DNA from: Prasinococcaceae sp. CCMP 1430
Taxonomy: Eukaryota > Plantae > Prasinodermophyta
Assembly (NCBI GenBank): GCA_013416795.1
Contig: RQSC01000027.1
Coordinates: forward strand, 1 to 64,000
Direction: 5' to 3'
Length of the DNA stretch: 64,000 bases
Below, piece by piece: positions 24,320 to 33,900 of this stretch. A program made the position numbers and the translations under genes. The first letter of the stretch is position 1, and each line of letters opens with the position of its first letter. The notes under the pieces were generated by a model. It did not search any database and was not told the DNA's origin. It was given only the letters and a program-made list of their open reading frames with translations.

Positions 24320-24643
24320 ATGGGGGTGGAGTATGGGTGCGCACACGCGACGGTGCGGTGTATCAATGGCCGAAAGCCTGTGTGCGCGCGGGCGTGCTCT
24401 GTGCTGACGCGCCCGCCCCCCAGGTGCGTCGGCTCGAAGATCTGGATCCTCCTCAAGGACGACAAGGAAATCGTCGGCACGCTGCGCGGCTTCGACGCGT
24501 ACGTGAACATGGTACTCGAGGAGGTCACCGAGTACGAGATCACGCCCGAGGGCAAGCGCGAGACGAAGCTTGACACGATCCTGCTCAACGGCAACTCAGT
24601 GGCGGTGATGGTCCCAGGCGGCGAGCCGCCAGCCACGCAATGA
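24320..24643 (+). CDS. LSM5: Sm-like protein LSm5 (main exon 24424-24643; first exon uncertain)
   Basis: [66 protein letters not shown]. Acceptor CAG at 24421-24423 has an upstream GCTGAC. The only in-phase candidate first exon found is 24320-24336. Confidence 0.9.
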   Translation: MGVEYGCAHATVRCINGRKPVCARACSVLTRPPPRCVGSKIWILLKDDKEIVGTLRGFDAYVNMVLEEVTEYEITPEGKRETKLDTILLNGNSVAVMVPGGEPPATQ

Positions 24644-25251
24644 GCGCGCCGCGCGGCTGCTGCCCCTCATGCTCTGGAGTGGCAGGTCGCTGCGCTCTCT
24701 CTCCCGGTAATATTCAGGTGCACTCCCATGCCCGCGCTTCTCTCGCGCGCGACGGGTCAGGACGCACTTGGTGACTGGGCACATGCGCGCCTGCTTGACA
24801 ACGCATGGCGCGAAAGGACGAAGTGGCCGACAGAACTCTTCGCGCTCGCAGGGCCGACTGCCACCATGCCGTGAAGAAATAGTACACTACAGATCATTAT
24901 CACATGTGAGCATGGTACAATGGGGACATGCTCACACGATGAGGCCGCCCTCACAGCGCTCGTGGGCGAGTCTATGCACAGGGACAGGGTCGTGCTGCGC
25001 CGAGCGAGCCAAAGAGCTGCGCGTCCCTACTCGACGCCTACCGACGCCGAGCCAGGGAGGATCTGCGAGCACGCGTAGGCCGCGCGCAGCGGCGCAGAGG
25101 CCTGTCAGCTGAACGATCACAGCGCGCCGGTGGGGCCTGGCACCTAGCACACAGCGCAGCCACGGGCGCAACCACAGCATGCCAGTCGAGCCTGGCAGCG
25201 CGTAGAACAATTGAGGTCCTGCAGGCCGGCCAGATAGGGGTGACCGTCAAG

Positions 25252-26062
25252 TCAACAACACGGGCGCACCTTCTCGATCTTGCTGTATTCCCAGTCCTTG
25301 TTGCACAGCGGGCATGCCGAGCGTGTCTTCAGCCAGCGCTGCGATGGCAGAGAATGGTTCGTGTGGCGGCACGAAAGTGTTAGGGCACATTCAAAGGCAA
25401 CGGGACAAGCATGAGCGGTCTGCAAGCAAGCAGGTGCGGGCTTGGGCGGCACGGCACTTACTTGAATGCAGTCCAGGTGGAAAACATGACTAGTGAACGC
25501 ACACCATCGAGCGAGGGAGGATGTGCGTGCGTGCGCAACACGGACGGAGTGGAGCGGCGATCTGTCAGCTATGCAGCCACAGCGAGGCAGCGAGCAGCGA
25601 ACAAGCGGTGGCCGAGTCAGCGCAAACACAGTCGAGGTCGGCCACGCACCCGCACGTTCCCCACGCGATACTGAGTCCAGGATGGTCGGGATCCCCGGTC
25701 GGGTTGGCCTGGTACTCGATGCTCGGCTCGTACAGGTTGTTGCGGCAGATCTGCAGTGGCGAGCTGTCAGCTGCCTAGCAAAGCGCGTCGGGGGCGCTGC
25801 GCAGCACACGCGCGCGCGCGCCCGTTGCGTCGCACCATCTCACCGGGCGCGGCCACAGCAGCGCCACGCATGCGCGCGCCTTCAGCCGCACACGCCGTGC
25901 AGCGCGCGCACGCCGCACACGTACCGCGCAGGTGTCGGTGCAGATGGCCCAGCTCCACGTCGCGATCGCCGTCCACTTCTTGATCTCGAAACGCTTCTTC
26001 TCGGGCGCCCCGCTCGGCCCAGCGCCGTCGCCCGCGGGCATCGGCGTCGCAACCTCCGCCAT
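25252..26062 (-). CDS. RING-box (RBX1/RBX2-family) RING-H2 protein, divergent paralogue; exons 26062-25925, 25750-25650, 25489-25462, 25338-~25270 (last exon uncertain)
   Basis: Spliced: [91 protein letters not shown]. All three introns are GT-AG and in phase. Confidence 0.88.
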
Positions 26063-26262
26063 GGCCCCCCCCCCCTCACCACCCCGGCCCACCACCTTCA
26101 CCCCGCCCGCGTCTGCCCCTCCTCTGCCAGGCTCCGCCCCTCTTGCCTGCCCCTCGCCCCGGCCACAGACGCCGCGCGCTCGCGGTGTGGGCGCCCCGCC
26201 GGACCAGACCCAGCGCGCACGAACGCGCGCGCGCGCGCAAAAATGTTTTGGGGTAGAAACAC

Positions 26263-26273
26263 TTTTAGGGTTT
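26263..26273. promoter_or_regulatory. Telo-box upstream of the RBX-like gene
   Basis: TTTTAGGGTTT (AAACCCTAAAA on the minus strand), ~200 nt upstream of ATG 26062. Confidence 0.55.
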
Positions 26274-26732
26274 AATAAAAGCAAGAAGACGTCAGATCGG
26301 TATCAATTTGGGCTGCGCCGCGCGCCGCCCCCGGCGGCCGCACCGCTTCGTTCGAGGCGCCGAGCCCCAAACCCGGGGCCATTTTATTTTCGTTCGGTTC
26401 GGGCGTTTTCGCGGCGCGCGCGCGGCCGGGGGGGCGAGCGAAATCCATGCGATTTGACGTGGCGCGATTTTTTTGATGGATTTTGGGAGTTTTTTTTTTT
26501 TTGGCGCGAGGTGGGAGGTCGGCGTCCCCCGACTGGGCCGGCGGCGGTGCGAGCGCGCGCTTCCGCGCGGCCAGACTGCGCGCCGCGCCGGCTGAGCCGG
26601 CTGCCGTTGCAGCCTCGACCGCGCAAGCACCAGTGGCTGCGCCTGCAGCCCCACATGCCCCACAGCCCGCCGCTGACAACAAAGCCGTACCCTCTGACTC
26701 CAGTGGTCATGTAAGCTTACTGTACGATGCGC

Positions 26733-27460
26733 TTACTCGCCCCCCACCCCGCGTGGCGACTCCGCCACCTCCTCCTCCTCGAGCGCGTTGGTATACGCCC
26801 ACGCAAGACTCGCGCCCACAGCCGCCTGGATCCCGAGCGCGATGGGCACACCGCCTCCGCCGTAGAGCGCCGCGCAGAGCACAGAGCCGCCAAGCTCGTA
26901 GGCTCCATAGAGGGCGAGCGCGCCGTCGGCTGGGCATGGCCGCGGACGGCGAAGCGCGTCGCTGCCACTCCAGAGCGCTGCAGCGACGCACACGGGGCCT
27001 GTCACGCACCAGCCATACTGGTTGTCATTCAATCGAGCGCGTGCGCGTGCGCGCGCGACATAGCGGGCACGCGGGAGCGCAGAGCACGCTCACGTCAGCG
27101 CTTGGGCGAGAGCGGGCAACGCGCAGCACAGCACTGCAAAGGCAGCCTCGCACGTACCGCCCCCGCCCTACCGAGCGCAGAGAGCTCATCCAGCGAAGGG
27201 GCCCCGTTTACACGCAGTGCGAGCTGTGGTCCGAGCAGGTCCGCCACGTGCGCTGCGCCCGCCACCCCGTATGCGCCGCACACGATGAGCCGCACGTCGC
27301 GAAGGACGTCGCACCACCGCGAGCGGAAGCCCGGGGGCGGCTGTTGCGCGCCGCCGCTGTCGCCGCCAGCCCCCTCCCGCGCGGCCGTTCGCGCGCGCGT
27401 GCGCCGTCCTACGCGGGATATACGACCACACGCGCGCGCTGTGCGCGGCTGTGCGGCCAT
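26733..27460 (-). CDS. Small multi-pass membrane protein with Arg/Ala-rich transit-peptide-like start (function unknown); exons 27460-27158, 27017-26733
   Basis: GTACG donor at 27157 and CAG acceptor at 27018 join ..GAAHVADLLG..ALGRAGA|YGWCVTGPVCVAAA..LALYGAYELGG.. in frame; several hydrophobic segments. Confidence 0.5.
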
Positions 27461-27729
27461 GGCTGTCATCTCACCCCCTATCAGTGTCCCAATGCGCAGC
27501 AGCTCGGTGCCCGTTCGAGTGCGCGTTGTGGCGCCAAAAGTTGGATAAGATTGATAAGATTTAAGTGATGCTGCGCGTGCGCTCGCGCGGGCCGCCAGTG
27601 CGACGGCCGATGGCGCTGCGCGCGGCAGCCGGGCGCTGCCTTTGCGCCAGGCGCGCACGGCCAGCCGAGCGCGCGCGCGAAGAGCGCGCACCTCCGATCC
27701 AGTGCTGCCGCCGCGCGCCCGCGCGTGCG

Positions 27730-28575
27730 ATGCGTGCTGTTGTCCAGCGGTGCACACAGGTGAGAGACGACGGGCACACGCCACGTGCATGCCATGCGTG
27801 TGTGCACACGCGCACGCGCACACGCACACAGGGGCAGGAATTCGCACGCGCGGGGGCGCGGACGTGGCCGGTGACGGAAGTTGCAGCGTCCACAGCCACT
27901 CCACCTGCTCCTCGGTGTCCCCACAGCTGACACATCACGCGCACCTACTCCCAACACGCACCACCACCAAAAATAGGCGTCCGTGTCCGTAGAAGGTGAG
28001 ACTGTTGGGGCCGTCAGCGGGCCCTCTCTCGCCGTACTCGTCGGCGTAGGGCGCGAGGATACCGAGGAGCAGGTGGAGTGGCTAGCACGCAAGCTGCTCA
28101 ACATGCGACTATGGGCAGGCGATGACGAGAAACCGTGGGCGCGTTCCGTGCGCGACATGGGCGGAAGTGTGCTCGTCGTGTCCCAGTTCACTCTGCATGG
28201 GAAGCTAAAGGGGAACAAGCCAGACTGGGGGCGAGGTGCGTGCGCACGAACATCCTTGCTTGCGTGCGCGCACGTACTGATACGTGTGACATGGCACACG
28301 CAGGCGTTGACGCACACGCGCGCTCGCGAGCACGCGTATGCGTGCGCGACTGTCGCTTGTACGGGCGCGCCCTCGATCGCACATGCATGCATCCTCCCGT
28401 GCGTCCAGCTGCTGGCCCTGAGCCTGCGCGCGCACTATACGAGTCGCTGCTCGCGCGGCTACGCTCGGACCTGGGTGAAGAGCGCGTGGCTGCAGGCGTT
28501 TTTGGGGCCATGATGGCGTGCAGCTTCGAGAACGACGGCCCCGTGACCATGGTGCTAGACAGTGACGCCAAGTGA
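27730..28575 (+). CDS. DTD1: D-aminoacyl-tRNA deacylase; exons 27730-27759, 27977-28235, 28409-28575
   Basis: MRAVVQR start, VLVVSQFTL and ENDGPVT (Gly-cisPro) motifs; two in-phase GT-AG introns. Confidence 0.92.
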
Positions 28576-28775
28576 GCGCCCGCGCGCGCTCCCCAACAAA
28601 ATCTATCAATCGAGCTGGCTTTAGGCTCCAGTGTACGCACAGACACGTGGATTGGAAGAAGCGCACACGCGCGTGTTTGAGCACGCGGGTGCACCAGCGC
28701 GCCTGCGTGCGCACCCATGCGCTTACGTTCCCAATCGAGTGTCTAGTGTAACGGCGGGATATTATACAGAGTTGC

Positions 28776-29585
28776 TCAATAGACTGGCAGCAGCCGCATG
28801 ATCTTTTTGGTGATGGTCGGAAGGTCGACGCCTGCCACCTGCGCTCGAGCGCGCGCGTGTGCACGGGCGCGTGCAGAGAGGCGTCAGTCAGTGGCGCCCA
28901 TGCTTCCATGCTTGAAAGTGTCCGTGCGTGCGCATCGCAGGCGCGCCAGCGCAGGTATTGACGCGCACACGTGTGTGCGCGAGCGCCACTCCCGCATGAA
29001 GCCATCCGCTCGCTCGTGCCCCTGCGCGCGTATGTCGCACCTCTCCCACGACCCTGCCGTCCTTAATGAAGAGGAATGCCGGCGTGCACTTGCCCTTGAA
29101 CTTAGCGCACGCGTCGCAGGTGTCGGCGCAGGCAGCGTAGAATTTAACCTTTGACTCTGAGTGGTCGAAGCAGATCTTCTTGAGAGCGTTCACCACGCCC
29201 TTGGACGGGCCGCACCACTCTGAGAAGACCTCGATCACCTGAGTTACGTAGCCACGCGGCGAAGGGATAGGTGAGTGAGCGTGCATGCGCACCAGTGCGT
29301 GTGCGTATACGAGTGCATGCGTGTGCGCGCGTTCCCACGCACGCGCGCGTCCGCATGCACTCGTATACATCCGGAGGGACGGAGCGCGATGCCGTGCGGG
29401 CAGGCGGCCCACAGGCGCTAGCACGACACGAGGGGGAGGGGTGGAAGGGGAAGATGGCGCGCGAGCGAGGCGCGGGCGCGCGAGCCTCGTACCTGTAGGT
29501 ACCCCGGGCAGCCGGGCGCGAGCTCGGAGCCGACCTCGCGCTGCCACGCATCCTCGGTGTCGATGCGCGTCTGGAACGACGACAT
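28776..29585 (-). CDS. Thioredoxin-fold protein of the NME8/TXNDC3 / dynein-light-chain type with WCGPS site; exons 29585-29493, 29238-29041, 28838-28776
   Basis: LQVIEVFSEWCGPSKGV..YAACAD..FKGKCTPAFLFIKDG..V.GVDLP resembles the ciliary NME8/9 thioredoxin domain; phase-0 introns verified. Confidence 0.75.
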
Positions 29586-30156
29586 CGCGGTCGCGGCGCG
29601 GCGCGCGGCGCGGCACGCGGCGCACGGCGAGTGGCCGCCTCTGGCCTGGCAGAGCCTCCGTTCTCCCTCTCTCGTAGGTGCCTGCAGCGCCCGCAGAGCG
29701 CGCACGCACGCGCGAGGCCCCCAGCATGCGGTTGGCCCAACGAGTTGCCGGGGAACGGGAACCCGCGGCAGGACATTTCAGTCGCGCGCCCTCCGCAGAG
29801 TCCTATCGAAGACCATGCATCCCACGCACACTGGGAGCGGGCCTGTTCCGTAGTACTAAAATGCAGGTCAGAATCAAAGCGATAGGAAGTTCTACAAAAA
29901 AAATCGGCGGATTTTCCCCTGTGAGCTGCTGGGAAAGAGGGGCGGGCCGCGGGCGGGACGGCGGTGCAGGGGGAGCGGGCAGTGCACCGCGCCGGCGCCA
30001 CAGCGCGCCTGGTGCGAGCGCGGGAGAGCCCGCCCTCCCCGCCTCTCCTTCGACCGGTCTCTCTCCGAGGGCGGAGGGCGGCCGCACGCGCGAGTCGCGT
30101 GCCGCGCGGCGCACGCGCCGCGCTCCGCTGCGCGTGCGTGCGGGCCTGCGCGGGGA

Positions 30157-30165
30157 TTTAGGGTT
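30157..30165. promoter_or_regulatory. Telo-box-like motif in the divergent thioredoxin/small-gene promoter
   Basis: TTTAGGGTT, 43 nt upstream of ATG 30208. Confidence 0.45.
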
Positions 30166-30207
30166 GGGCTGCGGACTGGTGGCGCCATGCGCGCGGCGCG
30201 CGCCGCC

Positions 30208-30733
30208 ATGGGCGTGTACAACAAGCATCCGAACGTGTGGACGCCGTTCGGCGGCTGGTACTCGGACCCCAAGCAATGGAAGCGCAACACAGTGATGGCG
30301 GGCATCGGCATGGCCAGCATCCTCGTGCCTGCGTTCATGTACAGCGCGTCGATTGAGGTACGGGCGGCCACCACTGCTGCGAACGGCGTGGGCGCGGCGC
30401 CAGCGCAATGTCAAGCAGATGCGCGCGAGTGCCACGTGCTGTGGACTGCGCCTCGGGTGCGCTCGTCCCCTAGGCCCCGTGTACAGTGCCACACAGCATG
30501 TCGCTGCCCGCGCCGCGATCTGCGCCTGAGCTCTTTCGGCGCCTTGCAACGACCACGGTGGAGCGCTTCCCTCGACGCTGCGCCGGGCTGAGGAATCAAG
30601 CTGACGCACTCGCGCCATTCTTCCCCCCGCACACGTGCGCCGCGAACACGCGCAGCAACGGCCCATTGAGCCCAAGTTTCCCATCCCTTCACAGAAGTGG
30701 TGCAAGAACTTCGGAGAAAATGCCTACAAGTGA
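30208..30733 (+). CDS. 75-aa single-TM protein resembling the fungal/algal complex I accessory subunit family with a VWSPxGGW motif (NUUM/NDUFB6-like); exons 30208-30357, 30656-30733
   Basis: MGVYNKHPNVWTPFGGWYSDPKQWKRNTVMAGIGMASILVPAFMYSASIE|QRPIEPKFPIPSQKWCKNFGENAYK. The intron has GCTGAC, and TGTAA lies at 30757. The family assignment is from recalled motif only. Confidence 0.6.
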
Positions 30734-30928
30734 AGTAGGCACCGGCGTCGCTGCCCTGTAAAACACATTTTTGGAATACTGCAGCACGCATGCTCACGAC
30801 GACGTGCGCACAGACAGAGAGCTGATTACCCCCTGTCTCATCGCGCGGGGTCGCCGCGCGCGCGCGTGCTCCCGAGCGGATTGTACACGATTTACACGAT
30901 GAGAGTACAATTGCGAGCAGTGGCGCAC

Positions 30929-33900
30929 CTACCCGAAGAAGGACGAGCCACTGGACCCGAAGAATGAGCTGCCAGCCTGGACCCCGCTTGCCAGCTCCGC
31001 GTCGCTAAGGACGTAGCGCTGTGAGCGGCGCTTTCCAAACAGTAGACAGCACACACCGAGCAGCGAGAAGAACGCCCCTATCCCGCCGAGCGCGTACCAA
31101 TACTCTTGCATGGTCGATACCTTTTCGATACTGATGGTGGGCGGCTCCTCAGCCTCCGGCATCTGCACAAGGAATGCCATCACCTCAAGCGCCTCTCCCG
31201 CGTCGAGTGACGCCGGGGCGCGCACTGACGTGCACATGACCTCTCCGATGTACGAGGTGGTCCCTGAGGCCGTGTCGACTGCGGCCGTCATCTCAGGCTG
31301 CGCGCAAGTGACTTCGCCGAAGACGCCGTAGAGCATGTCATCTTCTGTGTGCATCAGGTCGTAGTAGAAGCCCGCGGCCCCGTCGTCGACACCAGAGTCG
31401 TCCGGCCCGAAGCTTAGTAGGGCGGCGCATGTGACACACTCAGTTGCTGAGAGCTGGCGCGTGTGCTTCACCGGAAGAGTCACCGAGTATCCTGTCCCGC
31501 CGTCGCCCTGCGAATGAGCCGCGACAGCGACTGGCGTCGACAGCGACATCGAAGTTGCCATAGTAACCGCGACACCCGCGAGGCAGCGTCCTTGAGAGCA
31601 GAGCACGGGCGATCGCAGCACGCTCGGGGAGTGCTCGGTGAAAGCTGCGACAACAAGAGCGTCTTCGCCTGCAGCAACGGACACTGCAGAGGCCGGCGGC
31701 AGATGCCACTTGCTCCCGAGAGGCAGCTCGGCAGCCTCACCCGCTACGGGCCACGTCGCCTGCGACAGTCGCTTGACGGCCAGCGATAGCACCTCGCCGT
31801 CGGACACGTGCGACAGTGGGCCACCAACGGCGCCATCGCCGTCCACCATGATTTGCAGCAGCGCCGAGGCCACACCACGAGCATTTCGCATCGCATCTTG
31901 GATGGTGATGATTGCGAGCGCCTCCGCCGAAGGAGGAGGCGGCGGCGGCGCTTGCAGCAGCCGGCGCGCGGCGAGCGGAGGTGGCATAGTGCTCGCTGAG
32001 GCGGCAGTCGGCGGGGGCACATTCGAAGATCCCGACGTTGATGGAGATGGCACGACGTACAACTCTGCCGCTCGCGCCGAGGCTGCTGTGGAGTCGTGGC
32101 TGCGAACGCCACCAACGTGTGGCGACGTGGCGATCGCCTCGACTACGTGGCCGAGGCCGGCAACGAGCTCGCGCATATCGGCGACACTCACACGTGTGCC
32201 AGCGTCGATCGCATCCGAGAGAGCATCGCCAATGAGCTCAACGCCCTCGAAGGCGGCCTCGGCATTCACATCAGGTGCGTATGCAAATGCGACGCTTGCC
32301 ATGCGTGTCGTCCAGCGGAGCGCCCGACCAGCAGCCAACGCATCCCCGCCACTACGAGAGCCGCCGTTGCTGAGGGCATCGCGCGCAGCCGCAATCGCTC
32401 TCTTGCGGACAGCCGCGCGCCGATCGGCGCTCCCGTCCAACGCCGAGTTCAAAGTCGCGCATGCCAATCCGCCGGCTCGCGCAAGCTCCACCGCATCGAA
32501 TGTCGACTCGGCGGCTGCGAGCACGGCCTCGGCAGCACCAATGACATCCGAGGGTGATGTCACGAAGGCAAGATCAACCTCAGAAGTTGCGCCAACGCCG
32601 TGTGCGTCATCGACATCGACATACGCAATGGCCAAGCCGTCCGCGCCGGTGGCGGCCACGGGCGCGAGAGCGCTCTGGACGCTGCCACCTATGGTCCCCC
32701 ACGGGCCCGTCAGTGGGATGCGCCTACGACCGATGTCCAGGACGCCGAACTCGTACGTCAGCCCCTCAGGACTACCAGCGCCATCGATCCAGCCAGACGC
32801 GTACAAGGCGACTTCTGTCGTAAGCGCCGCGCTGGTATGTGCTCGGTCGAGCACACCTCCAGTCGACAGGGCCCCTTTAATGTTGCCACCATGGGGCAGT
32901 CCGCTCGCCAGAATGGTCACCCGAGCAAGTCCGCGCTCGTGTTCCGGCGCGTCCGCCACTGCCTGAAGTGTGTACAAAGCTCCAGGACTAAGAAAGCCGG
33001 CAAGCACTTGGAGTTGCGAGTCGCCAGCGCCTCCTATGAATGCGTGCGAGTGCCCACTCATCAATGCTCGCCCGAAGCCGCCGCCCGGAGCCGACCACGA
33101 GAATGGACCGACGTCAGCGCTTCCCTCGACAGAAGCCGCCGCGGTCACAACCTGGCGCTGTGCGGAGTCGAAGATCAGCTCGTCGCCAGCACGCGAGAGC
33201 GACTCTGCCACACTGATGTTCACCTCGACAGCCAGGCCTTCGACAACTTCAAGCGTCTGAAACGCGACGGCGGTCTTTTCACCGACGGTAACGTCGGCGC
33301 GAATGCGGAAGCGCCGGCCATTGGTAAACTCAGGCGGCACCGACACTGTCTGAGGTGGCAGCTCCAAAACTGCCGTAGTCGAAGTAGCCAATGCCTCCGC
33401 GACACTTGGATCGCAATCAGTGTCGTACGTAGTGGTGTGATCACCAGGCTCTGACACAGTCCTACAGCTCCACACAACCGAAGACACCGGCACGTTCGGC
33501 GAGTCTGGGTCAGCGCACTTCGAAGCATCAAGCACAATCACCCCGGAGCTGCCCACGCGGCGATACGTGCCACCTGTGAGAAATGCCTCAGCTGGCGAAG
33601 ACTCCGCCGCCACTTCAACAGTCGCCTCATATGACCGCGTGCCGAGGTATGTCGTGGTCACACCAAAGACGTAAGTCGAACCAACATTGAGGCAACGTGC
33701 TGGCAGGACCAGATCGCGCGCGTCCATAGGCACCTTGTCACGCTCAATGCACGGTACGTCTCCATCAATCACACGCCAGGCATACTCGAGCGCGCCGTCG
33801 CCGTGTGTGGCCACCGGATCGGCCACGTCGACACTCTGGCGACAGATCACCGCCGGAAACGCGACTGTGGAAGCGAGGCGAAGAGGCTGAGCCGCCATGT

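Noticed and set aside
24641-24940. Selenocysteine read-through of the LSM5 TGA with a SECIS at the 24905 hairpin
   Set aside because: LSm5 is complete at the TGA, and the hairpin's TGA pairs Watson-Crick with TCA rather than forming the SECIS GA quartet.
26272-26720. Possible small plus-strand gene ending at TGTAA 26710
   Set aside because: No ATG-led ORF with protein-like content or clear splice sites; it may be UTR/promoter.
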